Of a stretch of DNA of 64,000 nt, positions 19,565 through 30,476 are shown piece by piece. The position numbers and the translations under genes were made by a program. Each line of letters starts with the position of its first letter. The first letter of the stretch is position 1. This stretch comes from Alphaproteobacteria bacterium (GTDB lineage Bacteria > Pseudomonadota > Alphaproteobacteria > GCA-2731375), in assembly GCA_965232515.1 (NCBI GenBank), contig CBDDPY010000002.1, forward strand, positions 4,160,001 to 4,224,000, in the 5' to 3' direction. The notes beneath the pieces are model-generated. The model saw nothing but the letters and a program-made list of their open reading frames with translations. It had not been told where the DNA came from and ran no database searches.

Positions 19565-20042
19565 CCCTCCAAGATCCGAAACCGGACGCCGCAGTGTAGC
19601 AGCCAGCCGGCGACAGGCGGAGACGTAATCGCGACAGGGATAGGCCAAGAGTCGGCATTTATGGCCAATGGGTTTCGCCCGGCCATCTGGCCCAATCGGG
19701 GCGTTGCTTGCACCCGCAACGTGGCGGCCGGCAGGGCGCCGATTGACCGGCATCTCGATCCTGCCGTTGCGGTGGCAATCCGGTCGGTCCTGACGCTTCT
19801 CCGACGGCATCCAATTCCCAGGATCGTCGCAATTTGCGGCGCCCCGGCAGCGGCGAGGTGCAAATATCGGTGACAGCTCTTCTCCCGTACCGATTTAGGG
19901 ACTAAAAATTCATTGGCGACGGGACGGCGGAAACGACTGTCGCAACGACTGTGGAAACGGCCGCCGATAGCGCCCGGACCGCTGGCGCATCGACGTGCGC
20001 TGCATTGCGAATTACGATTAGTCACGGGAGGGGAGAGTAACG

Positions 20043-20789
20043 ATGTCACGGGATGCCCTGGGCTGGCGCTGCAAGTTCGCCGTGGTGGCGCCGTCCACCA
20101 ACACCATCGTGCAGCCGGATATGGAAGCACTGCGGCCGGACGGCGTGACCAACCATTTCGGCCGCATCTATGTGCCCAACATGCCGGTGCATAATGACGC
20201 CGATTTCCTGGCCCTGGTCGAGGCCATCGGCGCGGAACTCTACGCCACCGTCGACCGTTGCAAGACCATGGCGCCCGACTATCTGATCATGGGCATGTCG
20301 GCGCTCATGTTCTGGGACGGCCGGGCGGCCTCGGAAAAGCGCATGCAGGAGCTGTCCGAGCATGCCGGTGTGCCGGTCTCCGCCGGATCCTTTGCCTGTG
20401 AGGCCGCGCTCAACCTTTCCGGCGCCAAGCGCATCGCGGTGATTTCACCCTATATGCCGATTTCGGACGTGAACGTGACGCGCTTTTTCGAGGACTGCGG
20501 CTTCACCGTGGCCAAGTTCGTGGGGCTGCGCTGCAACAGCCCGATCGCCATCGCCGAAGTGCAGGCCGATACCCTGCGCCAGCATTTGCTGGAAATGAAT
20601 GACGACAGCATCGACGCCATCGTCCAGGTCGGCACCAACCTTTCCATGGTTGGCCTGGCGCTCGAGATGGAACAGGAACTGGGCAAGCCGGTCATTGCCA
20701 TCAATGCCGCGACCTACTGGCACGCCCTGCGCGCTAATGGCATCAACGATCAGTTCGCCGGGCACGGACCGCTGTTCGAAATCCACTAG
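20043..20789 (+). CDS. Maleate isomerase / arylmalonate decarboxylase / Asp-Glu racemase fold protein
   Basis: PSTNTIVQ, KRIAVISPY, LGKPVIAIN..W. Confidence 0.85.
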   Translation: MSRDALGWRCKFAVVAPSTNTIVQPDMEALRPDGVTNHFGRIYVPNMPVHNDADFLALVEAIGAELYATVDRCKTMAPDYLIMGMSALMFWDGRAASEKRMQELSEHAGVPVSAGSFACEAALNLSGAKRIAVISPYMPISDVNVTRFFEDCGFTVAKFVGLRCNSPIAIAEVQADTLRQHLLEMNDDSIDAIVQVGTNLSMVGLALEMEQELGKPVIAINAATYWHALRANGINDQFAGHGPLFEIH

Positions 20790-20922
20790 GTCGGGTACCC
20801 CTGAACGAGACACCTGATTTCAAACCGATGTGGTTCACTGCCTCAAGCCAGAGGCGGTGATCGTGGCGCGGTGCGAATTGGCGGATTTCGAGTGGTCGGT
20901 GACCTGGACGTGCGAACAAGAG

Positions 20923-20997
<75 letters not shown>

Positions 20998-21068
20998 ATT
21001 CCGGGTCGCGGCGCGGCGGAATGTACTGGCAAGCGGGTGCGCGCGCAACTGTCGTAGCAGCGCGCGAT

Positions 21069-22643
21069 CTAGGCCCTCCGGGCGGGCGGGATGGGTTCGA
21101 CGTCGGCGGGTTTGGGGCGGGGGCCGTTGTCGGCGATAGCTTCGTCGCCGACGGGCATGGCGTCTGGCGTCGGGATGGGTTCGTCGAGGGGTTTGTCGTC
21201 GACGGGGACCGGCGGGGCGGCGATGGCGCCGTCGGTCTGCGCGGCCTCGGGCGGCTCGGGCGTCAGCAGCGCGGGCGGCGGCGTGGGCGGGGTTTCCGCC
21301 GGCTTTTCTTCGGCGATCTGCGCCGGCGGTTGCGGCATCAGCAGAACGGGCGCGGCCGTGGGCGGCCGGCGCCAGGCGAAGCTGTCGAAGTTGCCACAGT
21401 TCGGGCAGTGGGTGGTCCAGGTCGCGGCCTGGTGGCCGCAGCTGTCGCAGACCCAGGTCGGGTCCGGCGCCGCCGTCGTCATCCGGCGCAGCCATTCCCG
21501 CGCCGCGCCGGCATCGTCGTCGCCGCGTTCGGCCAGCTCGGCCATCAGCCGGCAGACCCGCGCGGTCGGGCTCTCCTCGGCGAGCTCGGTGAGCTGCTTG
21601 CGGGCGAGATCGAAATCGTCGGCCGCCAGCGCCGCTTCCGCCAGCATCAGCTTGCTGGTCGCCGGGCTCGGACGCAGGGCGGCGACGCCGTGCAGCCGTT
21701 TCAGGCGCGCGTCCGGCTGCTCGTCCGGCTCCAGCGCGGCGAAGGCCTTGGCCAGCTCCGGATGCGGCTCCTGCTTCCAGCCGTCCTCCAGCATCTTGCG
21801 CGCCTTGCGGCGTTCGCCGGCGGCGAGGTGCAGGCTGGCGGTGAGCGCCGTCGCCGGCGCGAATTTCGGATCGTGGCGGTGCGCCTTGCGGGCGAGATCG
21901 AGGGCACGGCGCACTTCGCCCGCGGCCTGCGCCGCCTGCGCCTGCGCGAACAGCACGACCGCCCGCCGCCGGGCCGCCTCGGCCTGGCTCACGACCTTGC
22001 GCTTGGCCGCGTGTTCGAGCGTGCGCTCGGCCGCGGTCCATTGCCGGGCGCCGGCCTGGAGCGCGAACAGCTCGGTCAGCACCCACTGCGTGTCCGGCCG
22101 CAGCTTGAAGGCGCGCTCGGCCAACTGCAGCGCGGCGACATCGTCGCCGGCGCGCCGGGCCAGCACCAGCAAGCCGCGCAAGCCGAGGAACTCGGTCTCG
22201 GGCCGTTCGAGCATGGCCGAGAAATAGCCCTTGGCCGCGGTCTCGTCGCCGTCGAGCTGGGCCGCCTGGGCCGACAGCAGCAGCGTCAGCGGCGGCTCGT
22301 CCAACAGCGCGTCGGTGCGCCGGGCGAGCTTGCGGGCTTCGGCCGCGTCGCCGGCCGCGACGGCCACCAGGCCGCGCGTCAACGCCTGATAGCCGCGGCG
22401 CTTGCGCGCCTCGCCGCGCGAGGCCCAAAACACCGCCGGCCCGCCCAGGACCCAACGCCAGAGACGATAGGCAACCAGCACGATGCCCAGCACCAGCAAC
22501 AGACCCAGCACCAGGACGGCGAAGCTGGTCTCGATGCGGTAGCCGCGCCAGTCGAGCGTCAGCGCGCCGGGATTGTCGGCGAACCAGGCGGCGCCCGCCG
22601 CCAGCGCCGCCAACACCAGAAACAGAACAATGGCGCGCAGCAT
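21069..22643 (-). CDS. HemY_N/TPR membrane protein (Orf52-type) with C-terminal Zn ribbon
   Basis: 2 TM; TLLLSAQAAQ, FLGLRGL; WVCDSCG..CPNCG; TGATG coupling to the upstream gene. Confidence 0.85.
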   Translation of the reverse strand: MLRAIVLFLVLAALAAGAAWFADNPGALTLDWRGYRIETSFAVLVLGLLLVLGIVLVAYRLWRWVLGGPAVFWASRGEARKRRGYQALTRGLVAVAAGDAAEARKLARRTDALLDEPPLTLLLSAQAAQLDGDETAAKGYFSAMLERPETEFLGLRGLLVLARRAGDDVAALQLAERAFKLRPDTQWVLTELFALQAGARQWTAAERTLEHAAKRKVVSQAEAARRRAVVLFAQAQAAQAAGEVRRALDLARKAHRHDPKFAPATALTASLHLAAGERRKARKMLEDGWKQEPHPELAKAFAALEPDEQPDARLKRLHGVAALRPSPATSKLMLAEAALAADDFDLARKQLTELAEESPTARVCRLMAELAERGDDDAGAAREWLRRMTTAAPDPTWVCDSCGHQAATWTTHCPNCGNFDSFAWRRPPTAAPVLLMPQPPAQIAEEKPAETPPTPPPALLTPEPPEAAQTDGAIAAPPVPVDDKPLDEPIPTPDAMPVGDEAIADNGPRPKPADVEPIPPARRA

Positions 22644-24106
22644 CAGCCGCCACCAAGCTGCGCGATGGCGCGGGCCTGCAGACCGTCGAGCGCCGCCATG
22701 GCGTCGAGATGCGCCTGCGCGTCGGCAAGCCAGGGCGCCGCGGCCTCGGCGCCGCCGCCCTGGAGCGCGGCGAGCTCGTTCACGGCCGCGGCGAGATCGC
22801 CGGCCGCCAGGTGACCTTCGGCGCGGGCGACGAGCGCATCGACGGTGTCGCCCTCGGCGTCGCCGATGCGGCGCACCTTCACCGCCGACGTCAGCCGCTC
22901 GACCGTGCGCTCGACCCAGTCGGCATCGGGATTGCGGCGCGCGGCGGCGACGATCTCGCCGGCTTCGCGGGCAAAGCGGCCGCGCAGCTGCCGCACGGTC
23001 GGCACGCCGTCGGCGGCCCATTGCTCTAGCGCCGCCAGTGGTGCTGCCGTTTCGGCGTCACCGACGCCATCGGCGAGACGCGTGGACGCGGCGAGCTCGT
23101 CGGCAAAACCGCCACCGCGCTCGACCGCGCCCCGCAGCTGCGAGAGCGCCAGCACGAAGGCGTCGCGGCGATCGCCCGGCGTCGCGCGACCGGCGGTCGC
23201 CTCGACCTCGGCCATACGCCCGGCCAGCGCCTCGATGCGGTCGGCCGCCGGCTGCAGCGCGGCCAGCTGGCCGGCGAGTGTCTCGATGCGGCCTTCCAGC
23301 TCCAGGCCCATTGTTCTGAGACCGGCAATCTCGTCCGATGCGCCGTTCGCGTGGCCCACTGCCGCGAGGCGCGATTCCATGTCGTCGAGCCGGTCCAGCA
23401 GCGGCGCGAGGTCGATCCCGCCATCGCCGCTGACGGTGACCGGCGGACGATTCGCGATCGCGTCGATGCGGCTGGCGAGAACGGCGATACGTTCCTCGAT
23501 AATGCTGGTGTCCGGCTCCGGCGGCGGCGCGTCGGCGAGCGCGTTGACCCGTGTCTCCAACCCCGACAGGGTCTTGTCCATCAAGTCGACCTGCGTCAGC
23601 AGGCGGGTCATCTGAGGGTCCGGCTCGGCCGGCGCCTGCAACGCCGCGACCGCCTCTTCGAGCGTCGAGAGTTGCGACTGCAACGCGGCGAGGCGCTCGG
23701 CAGTGGCGTCGGTGTCGCGGCCGGTCAGGCCCGGCGGCAACAACGGCGACAGCACCGGCCAGGTGGCGGCGCCGATCAGGAAGGCGATCAGCACGACGAG
23801 CAGCCAGCGGCCGACGCCGCCGGATTTCTTCACCTCGGCCGGCTCGGGTTCCGGTTCCGGTGGCGACGCCTCGTAAGATGCCGCCCCGTCGTCCGTGGAC
23901 GCGGCCTCTACCGGCTCGGCTTCGAGGATTTCGGCCTCGGTCGCCTCGGCCCGGTCATCGATGTCGACCAGATCGTCGACCTCCGCATCGTCGGCGTCGC
24001 GGTTGGACCAGGGGCCGGCCTCGGTCTCGGTCGGCGATCCTTGGTCCGGTGTGGCGGAGCCGCTCTCCGTCTCCGGCGTCGCGTCGTCGTCTTTGCGATC
24101 GGTCAT
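22643..24106 (-). CDS. Mitofilin-domain protein (alphaproteobacterial Mic60, COG4223)
   Basis: Acidic N-terminus, one TM, long coiled coil, C-terminal GVPT..L..RF..AGDLAAAV..W; lies between hemD and the hemY-like gene. Confidence 0.8.
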   Translation of the reverse strand: MTDRKDDDATPETESGSATPDQGSPTETEAGPWSNRDADDAEVDDLVDIDDRAEATEAEILEAEPVEAASTDDGAASYEASPPEPEPEPAEVKKSGGVGRWLLVVLIAFLIGAATWPVLSPLLPPGLTGRDTDATAERLAALQSQLSTLEEAVAALQAPAEPDPQMTRLLTQVDLMDKTLSGLETRVNALADAPPPEPDTSIIEERIAVLASRIDAIANRPPVTVSGDGGIDLAPLLDRLDDMESRLAAVGHANGASDEIAGLRTMGLELEGRIETLAGQLAALQPAADRIEALAGRMAEVEATAGRATPGDRRDAFVLALSQLRGAVERGGGFADELAASTRLADGVGDAETAAPLAALEQWAADGVPTVRQLRGRFAREAGEIVAAARRNPDADWVERTVERLTSAVKVRRIGDAEGDTVDALVARAEGHLAAGDLAAAVNELAALQGGGAEAAAPWLADAQAHLDAMAALDGLQARAIAQLGGG

Positions 24107-24109
24107 GCG

Positions 24110-24826
24110 TCAGGCCTTCGGTTCACGCAACAGGTCGAGCAGATCCGCCTGGGTCGGCCGGATCGCCACGCTGATGTCCCGCCACGGTACGACCCCCGCC
24201 GCGTCGGCAACGGCCTGGCTGAGACAGAGCGCCGTCACTCGCCGGCAGGCCCCGGCCAGACCGGCCGCTTCGGCGAGCCTAACAAACGCGGCGGCGCTGC
24301 GGGGAGAGAAAAACAGCGCCCCTTCCAGCTGTCCGTCTTGCAGCGCGGCGCGGCAGGCCGGGCTCAGCGCGGTGGCTTTGCGGGCCTCATACAGCACAGC
24401 CCGGTCGACGGCAAATCCGGCCGCGCCGAGCGACGCCGACAGGTCGCCCGCGACCGCCGAACCGGCGACATGCACGAGCCGGCCGGCGGCCGGGTCGAGC
24501 CGCGCGCTGACCAATTCGGTCAACGCTTCGACATCGCCGTCGGCCGAGGCGACATCCGCGAAACCGGCGGCCCGCGCGGCACGGGCGGTGGCGTCGCCCA
24601 CGGCACAAACCGGCAGATCACGGCGGGCGGTGGCGGCGGCGAGCGCGCGGGCGCCGTTGGCGCTGGTCAGCAGCACGGCCTGCACGCCATCGAGGTCGAG
24701 GGCGGCGGCCGGCATCGGGCGGATCTCGAGCATGGGCTCGATCAACACCTCATGGCCGGCCCGACGCAGCTCGGCGGCGAGCGGTTCGGAGTCGTCGCGC
24801 GGCCGGGTCAGCAGCAGGCGCATCAA
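24110..24826 (-). CDS. hemD: Uroporphyrinogen-III synthase
   Basis: LLTRP, TSANG, VGDATA, FFSPRSA. Confidence 0.93.
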   Translation of the reverse strand: MMRLLLTRPRDDSEPLAAELRRAGHEVLIEPMLEIRPMPAAALDLDGVQAVLLTSANGARALAAATARRDLPVCAVGDATARAARAAGFADVASADGDVEALTELVSARLDPAAGRLVHVAGSAVAGDLSASLGAAGFAVDRAVLYEARKATALSPACRAALQDGQLEGALFFSPRSAAAFVRLAEAAGLAGACRRVTALCLSQAVADAAGVVPWRDISVAIRPTQADLLDLLREPKA

Positions 24827-25749
24827 TCGCTGAAGAAATCGGGCCCGGCGCGGCGGCGCAGTTCGTCGCCGGCGTCACGGCCCAGGTCGACAACGTCGGC
24901 CGGCGCGCCCCGGCGCTCGACCTCGAACGACCGGCTGCCGTCTGGTGTCAGGATCTGACCCTGGAACGACACCTCGCCGTCGAGCACGGCCAGCGCCGCG
25001 ATCGGCGTGCGGCAGGAACCGTCGAGGGCGGCGAGAAAGGCGCGCTCGGCCATCACACAGGTCACGGTGTCGGCATGATTGAGCGGCGCGAGGCGGGCGG
25101 CGATCACGGCATCGTCGCGCCGGGTCTCGATGCCGATGGCGCCCTGGGCGACCGCCGGCAGCATCGTATCGGTCGGCACCACGGCGGTGATCTTGTCGGC
25201 GAGGCCGAGCCGGTTCAGCCCGGCGCAGGCGAGCAGCGTGGCGTCGACCGCGCCGGCGGCGAGCTTTTTCAGGCGTGTGTCGACATTGCCGCGGAACATC
25301 ACCACCTGCAGGTCCGGCCGGCGGTGCCGAAGCTGGGCCTGGCGTCGGAGCGAGGACGAGCCGACCACGGCGCCTTGCGGCAGCGCGTCGATGCTCTCGG
25401 CGGTCTCGGACAGGAAGGCGTCGCGCGGATCCTCGCGCTCCAGCAGGCAGGTGATGGCGAGGCCGTCCGGCAGCCGGGTCTCGACGTCCTTCATGGAATG
25501 CACGGCGAGATCGATCGTGCCGGCGAGTAGCGCCTCCTCGATTTCCTTGGTGAACAGGCCCTTGCCGCCGACCTCGGCGAGCGGCCGGTCGCGGATGCGG
25601 TCGCCCGTCGTGCGGATGATCTCGATGGCGACGCTGGCGTCGTCAAGGTCGGCATGCGCCGCCAGCAGCCGGGCTTTCACCTGGTTCGCCTGGGCCAGCG
25701 CCAGCGGGCTGCCGCGCGTACCGATACGGATGGCCGGTTGTTCGGACAT
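24823..25749 (-). CDS. hemC: Hydroxymethylbilane synthase
   Basis: [37 protein letters not shown]. Confidence 0.97.
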   Translation of the reverse strand: MSEQPAIRIGTRGSPLALAQANQVKARLLAAHADLDDASVAIEIIRTTGDRIRDRPLAEVGGKGLFTKEIEEALLAGTIDLAVHSMKDVETRLPDGLAITCLLEREDPRDAFLSETAESIDALPQGAVVGSSSLRRQAQLRHRRPDLQVVMFRGNVDTRLKKLAAGAVDATLLACAGLNRLGLADKITAVVPTDTMLPAVAQGAIGIETRRDDAVIAARLAPLNHADTVTCVMAERAFLAALDGSCRTPIAALAVLDGEVSFQGQILTPDGSRSFEVERRGAPADVVDLGRDAGDELRRRAGPDFFSD

Positions 25750-25796
25750 GGCCGGAGTGCTAAGGGCTGGCAATCGAATAGGCAAGAAGTTTGGGC

Positions 25797-26840
25797 ATGA
25801 TCGTCCTGGGCATCGAAACCAGCTGCGACGAGACGGCGGCGGCCGTGGTGACGGACGCTCGGCTGATCCGCGCCAATGTCGTGCTGAGCCAGATCGACGA
25901 GCACCGGCCCTATGGCGGCGTGGTGCCGGAGATCGCGGCGCGGGCGCATGTCGAACATCTCGACCGGCTGATCGCGCAGGCGCTCGCGGAAGCCGATGTG
26001 ACGCTCGCCGATCTCGACGGCATCGCGGCGACGGCGGGCCCGGGCCTGATCGGTGGCGTGATGGTCGGGCTGGTGACGGCGAAAGCGCTGGCGCTCGCCG
26101 CCGACAAGCCGCTGATCGCGGTCAATCACCTGGAAGGGCATGCGCTGACGGCGCGGCTCACCGACGACGTGGCGTTTCCGTATCTGCTGCTGCTGGTCTC
26201 GGGCGGGCACTGCCAGTTGCTGGTGGTCGAGGATGTCGGCCGCTACCGACGGCTCGGCACCACCATCGACGACGCCATCGGCGAGGCCTTCGACAAGACG
26301 GCGAAGCTGATGGACCTGGGCTATCCCGGCGGCCCTGCGGTGGAGAAGGCGGCGGCATCAGGCGATCCGAAGGCCGTACCGCTGCCGCGGCCGATGCGCG
26401 GACGGCCGGGGTGCGACTTCTCGTTCTCGGGCCTGAAGACGGCGGTGCGGCATGCGCTCGCCGGCCCGACCCCGCCGACGCCCGCCGACATGGCGGCGAG
26501 CTTCCAGGCCGCCGTCGCCGACGTGGTCGCCGACCGGGTGACGCACGCGGCCGAGTTGGCGCGGACGCGGCACCCCGGTCTTGAGACCCTGGTGGTGGCG
26601 GGGGGCGTGGCCGCGAACCAGGCCCTGCGGACGCGGCTGACCGAGATCGCAGATGACCTGGGCCTGCGCCTCGCGATCCCCGCACCTGATCTGTGCACGG
26701 ACAACGCGGCGATGATCGCCTGGGCCGGGATCGAGCGGCTGCGGCGGGGGCTGACCGATCCGCTGGACGCGCCGGCCCGCGCCCGCTGGCCCTTGGACGC
26801 CAATGCCAAGCCGGCACCGTTCGCGGGGGTGAAGGCTTAA
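25797..26840 (+). CDS. tsaD: tRNA threonylcarbamoyltransferase
   Basis: [34 protein letters not shown]. Confidence 0.97.
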   Translation: MIVLGIETSCDETAAAVVTDARLIRANVVLSQIDEHRPYGGVVPEIAARAHVEHLDRLIAQALAEADVTLADLDGIAATAGPGLIGGVMVGLVTAKALALAADKPLIAVNHLEGHALTARLTDDVAFPYLLLLVSGGHCQLLVVEDVGRYRRLGTTIDDAIGEAFDKTAKLMDLGYPGGPAVEKAAASGDPKAVPLPRPMRGRPGCDFSFSGLKTAVRHALAGPTPPTPADMAASFQAAVADVVADRVTHAAELARTRHPGLETLVVAGGVAANQALRTRLTEIADDLGLRLAIPAPDLCTDNAAMIAWAGIERLRRGLTDPLDAPARARWPLDANAKPAPFAGVKA

Positions 26841-26968
26841 GGGGGGGTGTCGCGCCGGGGAGACGGCGGAACAACCCCATGCACAGGGCGCGTCAAGGAA
26901 AGAGAATGGCGGAAATCCGGGCCGCTTCGACGCTGCCGGAAATGTCGAAATAAGGACCGGCCTGAACG

Positions 26969-27988
26969 CTATTTCAGGTCTTCGATATCGCCGTAGTGCA
27001 GGTCGTCGTCGAGCTGGGCGACCTCGAGCCGGCGCACGCGCTCGAGCGTCATCTCGATGAGCTGCCGGTTGAAGTTGATGAGATCGGCGACCAGACCGAC
27101 CAAAAACGCGATGAAGCCCATGACCACGAAGGCGCCGCCGAGGATCAGCGACTGGATATGCCCGCCGCCCTCGCCGATGGCGTAGAAATAGACGAAACGC
27201 AGGATCGGGATGGCGCCGATCAGGCCGATCACCAGGCCGAGATAGAAAAACACCCGCAGCGGCTGGTACATCGCATACATGCGGATCATCGTGACCAGCG
27301 AACGTTCGATAAAGGCCGGGATACTCTTGAACAGGCGCGATTCGCGGGTCTTGGGGTTGGTGCCGACCGGCACCGACGAGACGGCCAGATGCTTCTTACC
27401 GGCCTGGATCAGCATCTCGATGGTGTAGCTGAAGCTGGAGACGATGTTGAGCTGCATGGCGGCGTCGCGCGAGATCGCGCGAAAGCCGCTGACGGCGTCC
27501 GGGATGGTGGTGCCGGAGGCGGCGCGCACGGCCGAGCTGCCGAGCTTCTGCAGCTTCTTCTTGGCCCAGGAGAAATGCGCGACCTTGTGGGTCTCGCGGT
27601 CGCCGACGACGATCTCGGCTTGGCCGTCGATGATCGGCCGGATCAGCTTGGGGATATCGCCGCCGGCATACTGATTGTCGCCGTCGGTGTTGACGATGAT
27701 GTCGGCGCCAAGGCGCAGGCAGGCGTCGAGTCCGGTGCGGAAGGTGCGCGCGAGGCCGCGGTTGTTGCGGTGGCGGACGATGTAGTCGACGCCGAGCCCG
27801 CGCGCCACTTCGACGGTGCGGTCGGACGAGCCATCGTCGATGATCAGGATCTTGACGGCGCCGACGCCGGCGATATCGCGCGGGATATCGGCCACCGTCT
27901 CGGGCAGCGTGTGCTCTTCGTTGTAGCAGGGGATCTGAACGAAGACCGTCGGTTTCCGAACCGGTTCGACGGCCGCTGGCTGAGACAT
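26969..27988 (-). CDS. GT2 glycosyltransferase, polyprenyl-phosphate (DPM/GtrB-like) type with 2 C-terminal TM
   Basis: IPCYNEE, DDGSSD, NTDGDNQY, DAVSGFRA. Confidence 0.88.
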   Translation of the reverse strand: MSQPAAVEPVRKPTVFVQIPCYNEEHTLPETVADIPRDIAGVGAVKILIIDDGSSDRTVEVARGLGVDYIVRHRNNRGLARTFRTGLDACLRLGADIIVNTDGDNQYAGGDIPKLIRPIIDGQAEIVVGDRETHKVAHFSWAKKKLQKLGSSAVRAASGTTIPDAVSGFRAISRDAAMQLNIVSSFSYTIEMLIQAGKKHLAVSSVPVGTNPKTRESRLFKSIPAFIERSLVTMIRMYAMYQPLRVFFYLGLVIGLIGAIPILRFVYFYAIGEGGGHIQSLILGGAFVVMGFIAFLVGLVADLINFNRQLIEMTLERVRRLEVAQLDDDLHYGDIEDLK

Positions 27989-28175
27989 CAGGTGCAGTTC
28001 CTCGACCCCGGGACGGCCCACTGCCTGTCCGCGTTCACGGGGGTGTGTGTTTTACGGGCCGGAAACTAACATAGGGTAATTCGCGCTTCCAACCGATGGT
28101 AAGCAAACGGTAAACAGTCGCAGCGCAGGATATCCGGACCGGCGATCGCCGGAACCAGCCACAGGCCGTTTTACG

Positions 28176-29489
28176 ATGATCGAACGAGTACGCCGTCAGC
28201 TTCGCGGCGAGATCGCCCGCGGCGCGATCGGCACCTTTGGCCTGAAGGGCTTTCAGACCAGTGTCATGTTTCTGATCAGCCTGAGTCTGGCGCGGCTGCT
28301 GGGCCCCGACGGCTACGGCGCCTATTCCTTCGCCATGTCCTGGGTGAATATCCTGCTGGTGCCGGCCATGTTGGGGCTGCAACCGCTGCTGGTCCGCAAT
28401 ATCGCCGCCTATCAGACCAAACAGGAATGGGGGCTGATGCGCGGCCTGCTGCGGCGCACCTACCAATGGGTGACGCTGGCCTCGCTGACCGTCGTGTCTC
28501 TGGCATTCCTGGTGACATGGCTGCTGTCGAGCCAGATGGAACCGGAAATGCTGCATGCGGTCTGGGTGGCGCTGGCGCTGGTGCCGGTGCTGGCGCAACA
28601 GCGCGTGCGGCAGTCGATCATGCGCGCGCTGCGCCACGTGGTAACCAGCCAGGTGCCGGAGGTCGTGGTTCAACCGCTGCTGTTCGGCGCCTTCCTGGCG
28701 TCGAGTTTCCTGGTCGCCGGCTATGCCTTGACGGCCCCCAACGTCGCCGGCCTGCGCACGGGCGCGGCGATCATCGCGCTGGCCGTGATTTTGATCTGGT
28801 TTCGCAGCGTGCTGCCGAAGGACATCCGGCGGCATGCGCCGCTTTATCGCGACGGACCGTGGTTTCGCGGCAGCCTGTCGATGCTCTGGCACAACGGTAT
28901 GGCCGTGTTCATCATGAACATCGGCACGATTCTCGTCGGCCTGATGGCCGGCGCCGAATCAGCCGGCATCTACAGCCTGGCCAATCTGATCGCCAACCTG
29001 ATCGCCTTCGCCATGGCGTCGATCGACGCACCGCTGGCGCCGTCATTGTCCCGCCTCTATGTGCGGGACGACATGGCCGGCATGCAACGGCTGGTCACGA
29101 AAGCGGCGCGGGCCGCGCTGTTGGCGACGCTCGGCATGACGATCATCTTCGCCATCGGCGGCGAGTGGGCGCTGTCGCTGATCCATCCGCGATTTGCGAC
29201 GGGGTACGAAACCCTGTTGATCCTTTGCACCGGAAAGCTCGTTTTATCGTCGCTTGGCTCGGCAGGCGCCGTCCTGGTCACCACCGGCGATCAACGGAGT
29301 TTGGCGGTCGCCACAACAATTTCAGCCTTGCTGACGACGTCGCTCTGCTTTCTGTTGATACCGATCTGGGGCATCAACGGCGCAGCCGTCGCCGGGATCT
29401 GCGGGCCGTTGGTCACCAAGTCCTACAACGCATTTCGCGTCTATCGCCGGTTGGGACTGAATACGACGGCCATCGGCTCGCTTTCCTAG
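28176..29489 (+). CDS. Wzx-type oligosaccharide flippase (copy 1)
   Basis: LARLLGPDGYGAY; about 12 TM; LLIPIWGINGAA. Confidence 0.88.
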   Translation: MIERVRRQLRGEIARGAIGTFGLKGFQTSVMFLISLSLARLLGPDGYGAYSFAMSWVNILLVPAMLGLQPLLVRNIAAYQTKQEWGLMRGLLRRTYQWVTLASLTVVSLAFLVTWLLSSQMEPEMLHAVWVALALVPVLAQQRVRQSIMRALRHVVTSQVPEVVVQPLLFGAFLASSFLVAGYALTAPNVAGLRTGAAIIALAVILIWFRSVLPKDIRRHAPLYRDGPWFRGSLSMLWHNGMAVFIMNIGTILVGLMAGAESAGIYSLANLIANLIAFAMASIDAPLAPSLSRLYVRDDMAGMQRLVTKAARAALLATLGMTIIFAIGGEWALSLIHPRFATGYETLLILCTGKLVLSSLGSAGAVLVTTGDQRSLAVATTISALLTTSLCFLLIPIWGINGAAVAGICGPLVTKSYNAFRVYRRLGLNTTAIGSLS

Positions 29490-29572
29490 TCGCCGGCCTA
29501 TGGCACGAGCGGGACGCACGCGCTCGCTTCAACATCAGCATCGCCTGGCGCCTCAGGCATCCCGCTCGGCGG

Positions 29573-30298
29573 TCAATCGGGCCGGCGAAGCCGCGGCTTC
29601 TCGGCCAGCACACTGATCGCCAACGGGTAGACGCGCGACCCACGGAGGAAGCCACTGGTCACCAGACATACGGCGCCAGCCAGCCGGGACAGCACGATAA
29701 GCGGCAACAGCAGATACTTCTGACGTCGGGTGACCCGGAAGAAACCACCACGGCTGGTGTGCTGCAACATCAGCGCGACGATACTGAAGTAATTGCCCAG
29801 GCATTCGACTTTCTTGATCTCGAAGTCGCGGAACAGATCGACAAGACCGCTGGGCGTGTAGCGGACGTAGTCGTCCGGCGCACCGTGTATCGGGAACAGA
29901 AACGGTATCGTGATGAATATCCTGCCGCCTGGCTTCAAGGTCCGGTGGACCTCCCTCAACGCCACACGACGGTCGGCGATGTGCTCAAAAACCGAGAGCG
30001 CCGCGTAGTTCTCGACCGACTCGTCAGGCAGATCGATGTCCATGGCGTCCATGAAGATATAGCCGTCCTCTTCGATCATGTTGGCGAGCCGATATTTATC
30101 CGGGTCGCTGGCGAAACCGGCATAACTGTGACCCTTCACCGCGCCGATTTCGATAATGCCGCCTTGCAGATGGCGGTAACCGTCCCTGATGGAGGCGTCC
30201 TGCAGCATGCGCGCCGGCGTCCGCGCGCCGGTCAGGTACGCGATTACATCACTGAGCGCGATCCTTGAATGCCGCTCCTCGATCGTTTGCCCGGACAT
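29573..30298 (-). CDS. Class I SAM-dependent methyltransferase
   Basis: EIGA, VFEHI, LKPGG, HGAPDDYVRYT. Confidence 0.82.
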   Translation of the reverse strand: MSGQTIEERHSRIALSDVIAYLTGARTPARMLQDASIRDGYRHLQGGIIEIGAVKGHSYAGFASDPDKYRLANMIEEDGYIFMDAMDIDLPDESVENYAALSVFEHIADRRVALREVHRTLKPGGRIFITIPFLFPIHGAPDDYVRYTPSGLVDLFRDFEIKKVECLGNYFSIVALMLQHTSRGGFFRVTRRQKYLLLPLIVLSRLAGAVCLVTSGFLRGSRVYPLAISVLAEKPRLRRPD

Positions 30299-30476
30299 CA
30301 GCAACCTACTCCTACGACAGCTTCGAAGTTCGGCCGGACCGGCGCGCCAGGGCATCGTGCATACCCAACCGCGACCGGCGATCGCGAATACGCCCTGCAT
30401 ACCCCGAAATGCCCTGGTTCGCGACCGACGCCATTGGCCAAAAAAAGGCCACTTTATCGACACTCGAACTGGTCAG

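Noticed and set aside
21069-22643. Protoporphyrinogen oxidase HemY
   Set aside because: No FAD-binding GxGxxG motif; this is the TPR/HemY_N membrane protein
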